32,000 nt of DNA from Pseudomonas aeruginosa (GTDB lineage: Bacteria; Pseudomonadota; Gammaproteobacteria; Pseudomonadales; Pseudomonadaceae), in contig NZ_LN831024.1 of NCBI RefSeq assembly GCF_001457615.1, positions 4,200,001 to 4,232,000 of the forward strand, written 5' to 3'. The notes below the pieces were generated by a model. That model did no database searches. It was not told the DNA's origin and saw nothing but the letters and a program-made list of their open reading frames with translations. Made by a program: the position numbers and the translations under genes. Positions 1 through 9,680 of this stretch are shown in pieces. Position 1 is the stretch's first letter. Every line of letters begins with the position of its first letter.

Positions 1-573
1 GCCGGCTGGCGAAGCTGCGACCATCTGCGCGACGCGCCCGGATGCGACCTGGCGCATTGGCTGGACCAGGCCGCCGCCACGCTGGCCGGCGAGGAGCGGG
101 TGATACTCTGCGGCCACAGCTTCGGCGGCTACCTGGCGCAATGCCTGGCGGCCCGCCTGGGCGAGCGCGCCGCGCACCTGTACCTGTTCAGCGCGCTGGT
201 CAGCGAGGGCGGCGGCGCGCTGGAAAGCTACCAGGACAGCGGCCAGGACAATCTCCTCGGGCTATGCCGCCTCGACCCGCTCGGAGGGCGGGTCCGCCTG
301 GAAGACCGCGCCGGCTTCCTCGAACTGCTCGGCGCCGAGGTGCCGACCAGCGCCAGCGAACCCGCGCAATTGCTGATCGACTCGCCGCGGCAGGTTCGTC
401 CAGCCTGCCCGGTCACCTACGTTGTGGCGGCCGCCGACCGGCTCAGCCCGCCGCCGCTGCAACGTACCTTCGCCCACCGCCTGGACGCGCGAGTGCGGGA
501 ATACCCGGGCGGGCACCTCGCCGCACTGGCGGACCCGCGCTTCCTTCGCGCCCTTATCGAATCTAATAATTAG
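1..573 (+). CDS. alpha/beta hydrolase, C-terminal part (gene starts before window)
   Basis: Open frame from base 1; nucleophile-elbow-like ILCGHSFGGYLA; C-terminal GGHLA resembling the catalytic His region. Confidence 0.8.
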   Translation, partial: AGWRSCDHLRDAPGCDLAHWLDQAAATLAGEERVILCGHSFGGYLAQCLAARLGERAAHLYLFSALVSEGGGALESYQDSGQDNLLGLCRLDPLGGRVRLEDRAGFLELLGAEVPTSASEPAQLLIDSPRQVRPACPVTYVVAAADRLSPPPLQRTFAHRLDARVREYPGGHLAALADPRFLRALIESNN

Positions 574-691
574 ATAGATAAAGCCAAAAATACGCGCTTT
601 TTTATCGCAATGATCTGACGGATGATGACCCCATCAACCGCCCGCCCCCCTCGCGCAAACGAGCGGCGACGGGCCCAATGGAGATCCGATC

Positions 692-1390
692 ATGATCGAA
701 CGTCGTCCCTTCGACCGTCTGGGCCATGCCAACCACGGCTGGCTGAACGCGCGTCATCATTTTTCCTTCGCCGACTACTATGATCCGGAGCGCGAGGACT
801 GGGGCCGCCTGCGGGTCTGGAACGATGACGAGATCGCCGCCGGCAGCGGCTTCCCGCCGCACCCGCACCGCGACATGGAGATCATTACCTATGTCCGCGA
901 AGGCGCGATCACCCACCAGGACAGCCTGGGCAACAAGGGCCGCACCGAGGCCGGTGACGTGCAGGTGATGAGCGCCGGTACCGGCATCGTCCATTCGGAG
1001 TACAACCTGGAAGCCGAGACCACCCGGATCTTCCAGATCTGGATCATCCCGGACCGCCGCGGCGACCAACCGCGCTGGGGCTCCAAACCGTTCCCGAAGG
1101 CCGAGCGCGACGGTCGTTTCGTCACTCTCGCCAGCGGCGACGAGCAGGACAGCGAAGCGCTGCACATCCGCGCCGACGCCGAGGTCGCCGCGGTGACCCT
1201 GAAGGCCGGCCAGAGCGCCGAGTACGCCCTGGAAAACGGTCGCCGCGCCTACCTGGTGCCGGCCACCGGCAGCATCGAGGTCAACGGCGTGCGCGCCGAG
1301 GCCCGCGATGGCCTGGCGGTACGCGACGAACCGACCCTGAAGGTCACCGCCCTGGAAGACAGCGAAGTGCTGCTGGTGGAAGTGGCCTGA
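692..1390 (+). CDS. pirin family protein (YhaK/quercetinase-like cupin)
   Basis: ORF MIERRPFDRLGHANHGWLNARHHFSF...FPPHPHRDMEIITYV...GTGIVHSEYN, typical pirin His/Glu cupin motifs. Confidence 0.9.
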   Translation: MIERRPFDRLGHANHGWLNARHHFSFADYYDPEREDWGRLRVWNDDEIAAGSGFPPHPHRDMEIITYVREGAITHQDSLGNKGRTEAGDVQVMSAGTGIVHSEYNLEAETTRIFQIWIIPDRRGDQPRWGSKPFPKAERDGRFVTLASGDEQDSEALHIRADAEVAAVTLKAGQSAEYALENGRRAYLVPATGSIEVNGVRAEARDGLAVRDEPTLKVTALEDSEVLLVEVA

Positions 1391-1396
1391 CCCGAC

Positions 1397-1424
1397 AGCC
1401 CCTCGCCCCCACGGGCGAGGGGCT
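1397..1424. terminator. strong hairpin terminator downstream of the pirin gene
   Basis: Perfect 12-bp inverted repeat AGCCCCTCGCCC-ccac-GGGCGAGGGGCT immediately 3' of the stop codon. Confidence 0.75.
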
Positions 1425-1559
1425 GCTTTCGTTGCGCCCCAGCCTCTCTCGACGCAGCGGCGTTATCCGCCGCAACGCCTCCGGCCCTGCCGACTGGGTT
1501 CTTCCCAGCTTCACGCTTCGCGCTCACACTACCCGCAGAAGAATTCGAGAGGCTCCGCC

Positions 1560-2495
1560 ATGCGTGAACTGCAACCCCTGCTGGAGAACCACGGGCTGCT
1601 CCTGCTGTTCCTCAACGTGCTCTGCGAGCAGGCCGGGCTGCCGATCCCCGCCTACCCGGCGCTGATCGTCGCCGGCGCGCTGGCCATGCAGGGCGTCGGC
1701 GCGCCGCTGGGCGTGGTCCTGCTGGTGGTGGTGCTCGCCTGCCTGCTGGCGGACGTCGCCTGGTACCTGGCCGGACGCCGCTACGGCGGCTTCCTCCTGC
1801 GCAGCATCTGCAAGGTCTCGCTGTCCCAGGACAGTTGCATCCGCCAGAGCCAGAACATGTACCTGCGGGTCGGTCCGAGGGCGCTGCTGATGTCGAAGTT
1901 CCTGCCCGGCGCCAGTGCGTTGTCCACCACCCTGGCCGGCATGACCCGCACCCACCTGCGCCGCTTCCTCGCCTACGACGCCGCCGGCTCGGCACTCTGG
2001 GCCGGTTCCGCGCTGCTGCTGGGGGTGATCTTCAGCGATGCGGTAGACCACCTGCTGGCCCTGCTCAGCGACTACGCGGCCATCGGCGCGCTGCTGATCG
2101 CCGGCGCCTTCGCCGCCTTCATCGCCTGGAAGCTCTGGCAGCGCCAGCGCCTGCTGTCGCGCAGCCGGCGGATTCCGCGAATCAGCGTGGAGGAACTGGA
2201 AAACCTTCGCGAACAGGGGCAATTGCCGGTGATCCTCGATGTCCGCGCCCATCACGAAGACGAGCCGAGCGGCATTCCGGGAGCCATCCCGGTGGAGCTG
2301 AACGTGTCGCTGAAGGACCTCCCCGGCGACCTCAGGGACGCCAGCATCGTCATCTATTGCGCCTGTCCCCACGAACTTTCCGCCGCGATGCTCGCCCAGC
2401 GCCTCAACGCCTCCGGCTTCACCCGCACCTGGGCGCTGGCCGGCGGCCTGGACGCCTGGCGCAAGGCCTACGGGCAGGTCGTGGCGAACGCCTGA
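1560..2495 (+). CDS. DedA-family membrane protein fused to a C-terminal rhodanese-like domain
   Basis: N-terminal multi-span DedA/SNARE-associated-like region (EQAGLPIPAYPALIVAGAL); C-terminal LPVILDVRAHHEDEPSGIPGAIPVELN...VIYCACPHELSA rhodanese pattern. Confidence 0.85.
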   Translation: MRELQPLLENHGLLLLFLNVLCEQAGLPIPAYPALIVAGALAMQGVGAPLGVVLLVVVLACLLADVAWYLAGRRYGGFLLRSICKVSLSQDSCIRQSQNMYLRVGPRALLMSKFLPGASALSTTLAGMTRTHLRRFLAYDAAGSALWAGSALLLGVIFSDAVDHLLALLSDYAAIGALLIAGAFAAFIAWKLWQRQRLLSRSRRIPRISVEELENLREQGQLPVILDVRAHHEDEPSGIPGAIPVELNVSLKDLPGDLRDASIVIYCACPHELSAAMLAQRLNASGFTRTWALAGGLDAWRKAYGQVVANA

Positions 2496-2511
2496 GCGAC
2501 GCCCACCGGGT

Positions 2512-4011
2512 TCAGCCCAGGGCCTGCACCGCCGCGCCGCCGGCTTGCCGCTGCGGCGCCGGCGAGGAGAACACCAGGTAGCCGTCCTCGACCTTGCCGT
2601 AGCGCAGCAGCGCCAGGTCGAGGACGTAGTTCTGGTAAAGCTTCCAGGGCATCCGGTCGCCCTGCTTGGGCATGCGCTCGGCGGCGCGCTGGATGTAGCC
2701 GGAGTCGAGGTTGAGGAAGGGCTCCTCGCGCACGTCGCCGGTGCTGTCGCGGGCGGTCACCTGGCGCATGCCGGTGGCGTCCATGTGATTGATCAGGCGG
2801 CAGAAGTATTCGCTGGAGAGGTCCGCCTTGAGCGTCCAGCTGGCGTTGGTATAGCCGACCACCGCCGCCAGGTTTGGCAGGTCGCGCAACATGATGCCGC
2901 GATAGCCCATGCTCTGGTTGACCTGGAACGGCTTGCCGTCGACCGCCAGCTCGGCGCCGCCGAACATCACCAGGTCGAGGCCGGTGGCGGTGACGATGAT
3001 GTCCGCCTCCAGCACCTCGCCGGTCTTCAGGCGAATGCCCCGCTCGACGAAGCGGTCGATGTGCTCGGTGACCACCGACGCCTTGCCCTTGCGCAGCACC
3101 TTGAACAGGTCGCCGTCCGGCACCGCGCAGACCCGCTCGTCCCACGGCTTGTAGCGCGGGCTGAAGTGACGCATGTCGAAGCGCTTGCCCAGTTGCAGGC
3201 TGGCCAGCTTGAGCAGGACCTTGCGGACCAGGCCGGGGAAGGTCCTGGCGAGCATGAAGAAGACCACCTGCATGGCCACGTTGCGCGCCCGCGCCTGGCG
3301 GTAGACCCAGGTTTCCGGAAGGAAGCGGCGAAGGAAATTGGAGATCGCGTCCTTCTGCGGCAGGGTGATCACGTAGGACGGCGAGCGCTGCAACATGGTG
3401 ACGTGGGCGGCCTTGTCGGTCAGCGACGGCACCAGGGTCACGGCTGTCGCGCCGCTACCGATCACCACCACCTTCTTGCCGCTGTAGTCGAGGTCCTCGG
3501 GCCACAGCTGCGGATGGACGACCTGCCCGGCGAAGTCCTCGCGGCCGACGAATTCCGGGGTATAGCCGGCCTCGTAGCGGTAGTAGCCGGTGCACATCAG
3601 CAGGAACTGCGCGGTCATGCGCAGCGGCTCGGGCTCGTCACCGCGCTGCACGTCGAGGTCCCAGCGCGCATTGGCGGAATCCCAGTCGGCCCTGAGCACC
3701 CGGTGGCGGTAGCGGATCTTCCGGTCGATGCCGTTCTCCCGCGCGGTCTCCTCGATGTAGCGGCGGATCGAGGGACCGTCGGCGATGGCCTTGGGATCGC
3801 TCCATGGCTTGAAGTTGTAGCCGAGGGTGAACATGTCCGAGTCGGAACGGATGCCGGGGTAGCGGAACAGGTCCCAGGTACCGCCCATCGCCGCGCGCCC
3901 TTCGAGCAGGGCGAAGCTCTTGCCGGGGCAATGCTTCATCAGGTGGTAGGCGGCGCCGACGCCGGACAATCCGGCGCCGACGATGAGTACGTCCAGGTGT
4001 TCGACAGGCAT
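2512..4011 (-). CDS. flavin-containing monooxygenase (FAD/NADPH, Baeyer-Villiger-like)
   Basis: Start at MPVEHLDVLIVGAGLSGVGAAYHL (GxGxxG); second Rossmann motif VVIGSGATAVTLVPSL; FxGxxxHxxxW-like FAGQVVHPQLW. Confidence 0.9.
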   Translation of the reverse strand: MPVEHLDVLIVGAGLSGVGAAYHLMKHCPGKSFALLEGRAAMGGTWDLFRYPGIRSDSDMFTLGYNFKPWSDPKAIADGPSIRRYIEETARENGIDRKIRYRHRVLRADWDSANARWDLDVQRGDEPEPLRMTAQFLLMCTGYYRYEAGYTPEFVGREDFAGQVVHPQLWPEDLDYSGKKVVVIGSGATAVTLVPSLTDKAAHVTMLQRSPSYVITLPQKDAISNFLRRFLPETWVYRQARARNVAMQVVFFMLARTFPGLVRKVLLKLASLQLGKRFDMRHFSPRYKPWDERVCAVPDGDLFKVLRKGKASVVTEHIDRFVERGIRLKTGEVLEADIIVTATGLDLVMFGGAELAVDGKPFQVNQSMGYRGIMLRDLPNLAAVVGYTNASWTLKADLSSEYFCRLINHMDATGMRQVTARDSTGDVREEPFLNLDSGYIQRAAERMPKQGDRMPWKLYQNYVLDLALLRYGKVEDGYLVFSSPAPQRQAGGAAVQALG

Positions 4012-4177
4012 AAGGTTCCTCGATCGGCGGAAGCGTCCAGCCGTCTGCTGGGCTGATGCCCTCCACCCTACAGAGGGGATGCCGCGCGGGTATCCCAACC
4101 TTCGTACTGCGATATCCGCAAAGTATGGACCCAGGCGTGGGAATCACCCATGCCGGCGTACCGGCATGGGTCGGGCG

Positions 4178-6025
4178 CTAGGAGGCGCGGGAAGGTTTCT
4201 CCGGGGTCTCCGCCGCTACCGCGCCACGGTCTTCCAGCTGGTCGGTCTGGAACAGCGTCTCCAGCTCGACCCGCGCCTCGCGAGCGCTTTTGATCAGCGC
4301 GTCGCGGTCGTTGTAGAACAGGTGCTGGGAGGCCAGGACCTCTTCGTCGTGCCGACGGAAACGACGGATCCGCGCGTCCGCCTGTTCCTCGCTCAGACCC
4401 AGGCCGCAGAGCACCATGCGGCTCATCTCCAGGCTGGAGAAGAAGGTCTCGCGCACCGGCTCGACCCCGGCGTCGAGCAGCAGGTGGACGTGCTGGCGGT
4501 TACGCGCGCGGGCGATGATCTTCAGGTGCGGATACAGCTTGCGCACGCGCTTGGCCGTCTCGATGTTGGTCTCCGGGTCATCGGTGGCGATGACGAAGAA
4601 CTCGGCCTTCTCTACCTGGGCCGCGCGAAGGATCTCCGGGCGCATCGGGTCGCCGTAGAAGATCGGGATCGCGCCGAGGGTACGGGTCAGCTCGATGGTC
4701 TCCACCGAGGTGTCCAGGGCGATGAACGGCACGCGCTGGGCGCGCAGCACGCGAGCGACGATCTGGCCCATGCGGCCGACCCCGGCGATCACCACGCGCG
4801 GGGTGTCGTCGTTGTCGATGCGTTCCATTTCCGGCGGCGGCTTCGTCGCCTCCGGCTCCTTCGCCAGCAGGCGCGCGAGGCCGAGTACCAGCAACGGGGT
4901 CAGGGCCATCGACAGGGTGATGGAAAGCACCAGCAGGTTGTGCAGGTCGTTCTGGAACAGGCCCTGGTCGCGGGCCATCTTGAACACGACGAAGGCGAAC
5001 TCGCCGCCGGCCGCCAGGACCACGCCCAGGCGCAGCGCCGAGGCCTTGTCGAGGCCGCCGGAAATGCGTCCGACGAAGTACAGCACCGGCGCCTTCAGGG
5101 CGATCAGCAGCACGGTCAGGCCGAGCACCATCCACGGCGACTTGAGCAGCAGGCTGATGTCCGCGCTCATCCCCACGCTGATGAAGAACAGGCCGAGCAA
5201 CAGGCCCTTGAACGGCTCGATCTGCGCCTCCAGTTCGTGGCGGTACTCCGAGTCGGCCAGCAGCAGGCCGGCGAGGAAGGCACCGAGGGCCATGGACACG
5301 CCGGCCAGCTCCATCAGCAGCGCGGTGCCCATCACCACCAGCAGCGCGGTGGCGGTGGACATGTCCTGCAGCTTGGTCTGGGCGACGATGCGGAACACCG
5401 GGCGCAGCAGGTAGCGGCCACCGACCACCACCGCGGCGATGCTGCCGACTACCTTGAGGGTCTGGGTCAGTTCGCTGCCGCCGGCGTCGCTGTGCGCACC
5501 GCTGAGCAGCGGGATCATGGCGATCAGCGGGATCGCCGCGATATCCTGGAACAGCAGGATGGCGAAGGCCAGGCGGCCATGGGGCTGGGTCAGTTCCTTG
5601 CGCTCGGCGAGGATCTGCAGGCCGAAGGCGGTGGACGACAGCGCCAGGCCCAGGCCGAGCACCACCGCGCTGTTCACCGGTTGGTCGAAGCCGACCAGGG
5701 CCACGGTGCCGATCACCACGCCGGTCAGCAGCACCTGCAGCAGGCCGACGCCGAACACCGACTTGCGCATCACCCACAGGCGCCGCGGCGACAGCTCCAG
5801 GCCGATGATGAACAGCAGCAATACCACGCCCATCTCGGAGATCTGCGCGACGCTTTCCGGGTTGTCCACCAGGCCCAGCACGCTGGGACCGATCAGCACG
5901 CCGGCCAGCAGGTAGCCGAGCACCGCGCCCAGTTGCAGGCGCTTGGCCAGCGGCACCATGAACACCGCCGCGATCAGGAAGACCACGCCGGACTGGAGAA
6001 AACTGCTTCCGTGTTCCACGCTCAA
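4178..6025 (-). CDS. CPA2 family K+/H+ antiporter with TrkA-N domain (KefB/KefC-like)
   Basis: ORF with many TM segments (MGVVLLLFIIGLELSPRRLW) followed by RVVIAGVGRMGQIVARVLR NAD-binding domain. Confidence 0.9.
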   Translation of the reverse strand: MSVEHGSSFLQSGVVFLIAAVFMVPLAKRLQLGAVLGYLLAGVLIGPSVLGLVDNPESVAQISEMGVVLLLFIIGLELSPRRLWVMRKSVFGVGLLQVLLTGVVIGTVALVGFDQPVNSAVVLGLGLALSSTAFGLQILAERKELTQPHGRLAFAILLFQDIAAIPLIAMIPLLSGAHSDAGGSELTQTLKVVGSIAAVVVGGRYLLRPVFRIVAQTKLQDMSTATALLVVMGTALLMELAGVSMALGAFLAGLLLADSEYRHELEAQIEPFKGLLLGLFFISVGMSADISLLLKSPWMVLGLTVLLIALKAPVLYFVGRISGGLDKASALRLGVVLAAGGEFAFVVFKMARDQGLFQNDLHNLLVLSITLSMALTPLLVLGLARLLAKEPEATKPPPEMERIDNDDTPRVVIAGVGRMGQIVARVLRAQRVPFIALDTSVETIELTRTLGAIPIFYGDPMRPEILRAAQVEKAEFFVIATDDPETNIETAKRVRKLYPHLKIIARARNRQHVHLLLDAGVEPVRETFFSSLEMSRMVLCGLGLSEEQADARIRRFRRHDEEVLASQHLFYNDRDALIKSAREARVELETLFQTDQLEDRGAVAAETPEKPSRAS

Positions 6026-6504
6026 CTCCCGCTGGCGGCGCTGGCGCCGAACCGGTCGCGGATGGTGGCGATGGTCTCCACATCCATGGCGATATAGGCC
6101 TGCTTGACGAAGGCGTCGTAGGGCAGTTCGTCGCCCAGCGGCTGCAGGTAGCGGGTGCAGTAGGCGAAACGCACGAACAGCGAGCCGGGCTCCGGCTCCT
6201 CGATGGTCATGTCGAGGCTGCCGCCGGCCACCTCGGCGCTCGGCTTGATGCTGTAGTGGGCACTGTCCGGCGCCTTCAGCACGACTTCGTCCTCGACCAC
6301 CAGACCCGGCAGGTACAGGCGCCGGTGCAGGCGGTCGCCGTCATCGACGAGGATCTCGAAACGCTCCAGGCCGACGACGAAATACTGTGGCTCGCGCGCA
6401 CGGCAGACCAGGCCTTCCCAGAGTTGCAGCCGGTCGAGGACCGGCAGGTCGACAAGCGTCCGGTCGTTGACCTGGACCAGGTGTTCGAATTGCATGTGGC
6501 TCAC
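6022..6504 (-). CDS. AtaL-like (DUF1857-type, SRPBCC-like) hypothetical protein
   Basis: ORF MSHMQFEHLVQVNDRTLVDLPVLDRLQLWEGLVCRAREPQYFVVG; overlaps antiporter start by 4 nt (probable coupling). Confidence 0.65.
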   Translation of the reverse strand: MSHMQFEHLVQVNDRTLVDLPVLDRLQLWEGLVCRAREPQYFVVGLERFEILVDDGDRLHRRLYLPGLVVEDEVVLKAPDSAHYSIKPSAEVAGGSLDMTIEEPEPGSLFVRFAYCTRYLQPLGDELPYDAFVKQAYIAMDVETIATIRDRFGASAASGS

Positions 6505-6654
6505 TTCCTGTTCGGTGCATGCGATAGGCGAGTTCTGACCGGCGATGGGTGCAGAAAGTTTTCCCGCTGCCGGCGAATCGCCAGACCGCAGGTCCGCAAC
6601 GATCGCCGACAGGCATTCGAGGACGCCGCCGGGGCACCCGGCGGCACATCGACC

Positions 6655-7602
6655 TCACTCGGCGTCGATCTTCCAGGGAATCGGCGGAGCGCTCAAGCGC
6701 GGCCCTTCCAGGGCGTCGAGCCGGCCGAAGCGAGCATCCCCCTCCTCCCAGGCCTTCTGCGCCCGGGCGATCTCACCCTTGCTGTGGCCGACGAAGTTCC
6801 ACCACATGAAGATCTCCGCGCCGAACGGTGCGCCACCCAGCAATAGCACCCGCGCGCCAGGGTCGAGTTGCAGTTGCAGGCCGTCGCGGCCGTCGCCCAG
6901 GTAGGCCAGTTCGTTCACCGCGAAATGCTCGCCGCCCACTTCCAACCCGCCTTCCAGCGGCAGCAGGCCGTACTCGAAGTGCGGGTCGAGCGTCAGTTGC
7001 AGGGTCGAGGCGTCGTGGCAGGCCAGGTCGGCACCGAGCAGCGGCGAGTAGAGCCGGCACGGCGCCTGTCGCCCGGCCAGCGCACCGGCCAGCAGGGTGA
7101 AGGTGACCCCCTGCTCCTGCCAGCGCGGCAGGTCGGGATGATGGTCGAAGGCCGGGGCGATGTCGCGCTGCTCGTAGGGCAGCGCGATCCACAACTGCGC
7201 GGCGTGGGCGTGGCGCTCGTCGGGCAGCGACTCCTCGGTGTGGGCGATGCCATGACCGGCGGTCATCAGGTTGACCTGGCCGGGGCGGATCACCTGGACG
7301 TTGCCCAGGCTGTCGCGGTGCAACGCCTCGCCCTGGATCATCCAGGTAAAGGTCTGCAGGCCGATGTGCGGGTGCGGGCCCACGGCCAGTCCGCCGCCAG
7401 GTTCGAATTCGGCGGGACCGGCATGGTCGAGGAAGCACCAGGCACCGATCATCCGCCGCTGGCGCGACGGCATCAGCCGACTGACGGTGATCCCGCCGCC
7501 GATTTCCGCGGCACGCGCGGTGACCCGTTGCAGCAGGTGTTCGCGGCGCTCCGGACAGTCCCGCGAGGAGGACAGGTCGCAACGCTCTTCGGTATTGCTC
7601 AT
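6655..7602 (-). CDS. pirin family protein (second pirin in window)
   Basis: Start MSNTEERCD within a longer open frame; PHPHIGLQTFTWMIQGEALHRDSLGN...GHGIAHTE. Confidence 0.88.
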   Translation of the reverse strand: MSNTEERCDLSSSRDCPERREHLLQRVTARAAEIGGGITVSRLMPSRQRRMIGAWCFLDHAGPAEFEPGGGLAVGPHPHIGLQTFTWMIQGEALHRDSLGNVQVIRPGQVNLMTAGHGIAHTEESLPDERHAHAAQLWIALPYEQRDIAPAFDHHPDLPRWQEQGVTFTLLAGALAGRQAPCRLYSPLLGADLACHDASTLQLTLDPHFEYGLLPLEGGLEVGGEHFAVNELAYLGDGRDGLQLQLDPGARVLLLGGAPFGAEIFMWWNFVGHSKGEIARAQKAWEEGDARFGRLDALEGPRLSAPPIPWKIDAE

Positions 7603-7628
7603 GTTCAGGCTCTCCGGTGACGAGGCAT

Positions 7629-8186
7629 TCAACCGCGCAGGCGGCGCACCCATAGCTGCAGGGCCTGCAACTGCTGCTGGATCAGCTCGCGCGCCTTGTC
7701 GTCGAGCAGCCGGCCCTGGGCGTCGAAGGCGTTCTGCGCGCTGGAGATCATCACTTCCGGCTTGTTCAGCGGATGAACGTCGAGGAACACCAGCGTCTGG
7801 CGCAAGTGATACTGCGCCCGCGCGGTGCCGAAACGCCCGGCACTGGCACCGAGGATCGCCGCCGGCTTGCCGGAGAACGGCTGCTCCGGCGGCCGCGAGG
7901 CCCAGTCGATGGCATTCTTCAGCACCCCGGCCATCGAATAGTTGTATTCCGGGGTGGCGAACAGCAGCGCGTCCGCCGCGCGGATCTGCTCGCGGAAGCG
8001 TTCCACCGCGGGCGGGAAGCCGAGGGCGTAGACGTCCTCGTTGTACAGCGGGATGCCGGAGATGTCCGCCAGCTCGATGCTCATGCCCGGCGGGACCAGG
8101 CCAATCGCCTCCTGCAGCGCCGCGCTGTTGTAGGAGCCGCTGCGCAGGCTGCCGGAAATGCCCAATACCTTGATGTCGTCGCTCAT
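7629..8186 (-). CDS. NADPH-dependent FMN reductase
   Basis: MSDDIKVLGISGSLRSGSYNSAALQEA...ALLFATPEYNYSMAGVLKNAIDW flavodoxin-like FMN reductase motifs. Confidence 0.9.
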   Translation of the reverse strand: MSDDIKVLGISGSLRSGSYNSAALQEAIGLVPPGMSIELADISGIPLYNEDVYALGFPPAVERFREQIRAADALLFATPEYNYSMAGVLKNAIDWASRPPEQPFSGKPAAILGASAGRFGTARAQYHLRQTLVFLDVHPLNKPEVMISSAQNAFDAQGRLLDDKARELIQQQLQALQLWVRRLRG

Positions 8187-8213
8187 GCCGTGCTCCTCGT
8201 TGTGCGTGCGGGT

Positions 8214-8621
8214 TCAGTCGCGTAGCTGGCTGCTGACGCTGACCTCTCCGGAGAGTACACGATGGATCGGGCAGGCATTGGCGATCTCCAGCAGACGCTG
8301 GCGCTGCTCGGCGTCGAGATCGCCGGCCAGGCGGATGTCGCGGCGGATATGGGTGAAGGGCTCCGGCTTGGTGCGTTCCTCGACGATGTTCAGTTGCACG
8401 TCGATACCCTCCAGCGGCCACTCCTTGCGCTGCGCGTACATCGCCACAGTGATCGCCGTGCAGGCGCCCAGCGCCGAGAGCAGGATCTCGTGCGGCGAGG
8501 GACCACTGTCGCCGCCACCGAGGGCGGCCGGCACGTCGCTCAGCCACTGGTGGCTGTCGTCGCCGAGGGTCACGCGATAAGGGGTGGTGCCGAGGGAAGC
8601 GTTGACGACCTGGGTAGCCAT
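8214..8621 (-). CDS. OsmC family protein
   Basis: MATQVVNASLGTTPYRVTLGDD...GGGDSGPSPHEILLSALGACTAITVAMYAQRK OsmC signature. Confidence 0.9.
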   Translation of the reverse strand: MATQVVNASLGTTPYRVTLGDDSHQWLSDVPAALGGGDSGPSPHEILLSALGACTAITVAMYAQRKEWPLEGIDVQLNIVEERTKPEPFTHIRRDIRLAGDLDAEQRQRLLEIANACPIHRVLSGEVSVSSQLRD

Positions 8622-8705
8622 GGGGTTTCTCCTGTGCATGGGGGCGTGCCGGAACCTCGGGTTCCGGCGAAGCGGCGTTCCGATGAAAACACCTGGACGG
8701 AAAAC

Positions 8706-8741
8706 GACACAAGGCACCCGATGGTCGGAGTGCCTTGTGTC
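8706..8741 (-). terminator. hairpin terminator of the isochorismatase-like gene
   Basis: 12-bp inverted repeat GACACAAGGCAC...GTGCCTTGTGTC followed on the minus strand by CGTTTTCC. Confidence 0.7.
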
Positions 8742-8762
8742 CGGGACAGCGGCGAAGCCGGC

Positions 8763-9380
8763 TTACTTCTTCGTGCCGAAGCTCTGGATCAGGTTGGCGT
8801 ACGCCGGCAGGTGGCCGCCGAGGATGGCACCGAAGCCTTCGATGTCGTTGCGCCAGTCGCGGTGCAGTTCGCAGCCGACGCTGAACCAGTTCATCAGTTG
8901 CGCGCCGGCGGCGGTCATGCGCGCCCAGGCGGCGTCGCGCACCACCGGGTTGAAGGTGCCGGAGGCGTCGGTGACGACGAATACGTCAAACCCCTCCTCC
9001 AGTGCCGAGAGGGTCGGGAAGGCTACGCAGACATCGGTCACCACGCCGGCGATGATCAGTTGCTTCTTGCCGGTGGCCTTGACTGCCTTGACGAAGTCCT
9101 CGTTGTCCCAGGCGTTGATGTTGCCGGGGCGGGCGATGTACGGGGCCTGCGGAAACATTTCCTTGAGTTCCGGCACCAGCGGGCCGTTGGGGCCATCCTC
9201 GAAGCTGGTGGTGAGGATGGTCGGCAGGTTGAAGAACCTGGCGATGTCGGCCAATGCCAGGACGTTGTTCTTGAACTCGTCCGGGCTGAAATCGCGGACC
9301 AGGGAGAGCAGGCCTGCCTGGTGGTCGACGAACAGCACCGCCGCATCGTTCTTGTCGAGTCGCTTGTAGGTGAAGGACAT
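8763..9380 (-). CDS. isochorismatase-family cysteine hydrolase (YcaC-like)
   Basis: MSFTYKRLDKNDAAVLFVDHQAGLLSLV...KQLIIAGVVTDVCVAFPTLSALEEGFDVFVVTDASG. Confidence 0.88.
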   Translation of the reverse strand: MSFTYKRLDKNDAAVLFVDHQAGLLSLVRDFSPDEFKNNVLALADIARFFNLPTILTTSFEDGPNGPLVPELKEMFPQAPYIARPGNINAWDNEDFVKAVKATGKKQLIIAGVVTDVCVAFPTLSALEEGFDVFVVTDASGTFNPVVRDAAWARMTAAGAQLMNWFSVGCELHRDWRNDIEGFGAILGGHLPAYANLIQSFGTKK

Positions 9381-9680
9381 GGTGTTTCTCCGGTCTCGGG
9401 CGGCGTCCGTCGCCGCGCGGTGTGAAACGAAGCGCCTCCTGGGAGGCAAGCATGGGCGGTCTCGGGAGCGCACGCCGCCCATCAAGAGTAGTGACAGCGA
9501 CAGCGATTTACCGCCCGGTAAAATGCGAAAACGGTGTTCTCGATACGAGAACAATGCCATTCCCCGGGCGCGCTACGCTTGCCCTGCCATTGTCTTTCCC
9601 GCACGTTCGACGCGCGCATCCCCTTACCAGGAGTTCTCCCGCATGCGACAGTCTGCCTCCCGATTGTTTCGAGATTCGCC

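Noticed and set aside
3983-6097. 704-aa plus-strand ORF antisense to the antiporter
   Set aside because: Composition (His/Gln/Ala/Arg-rich, no domains) is typical of the antisense frame of a high-GC gene; the minus-strand antiporter explains the region.
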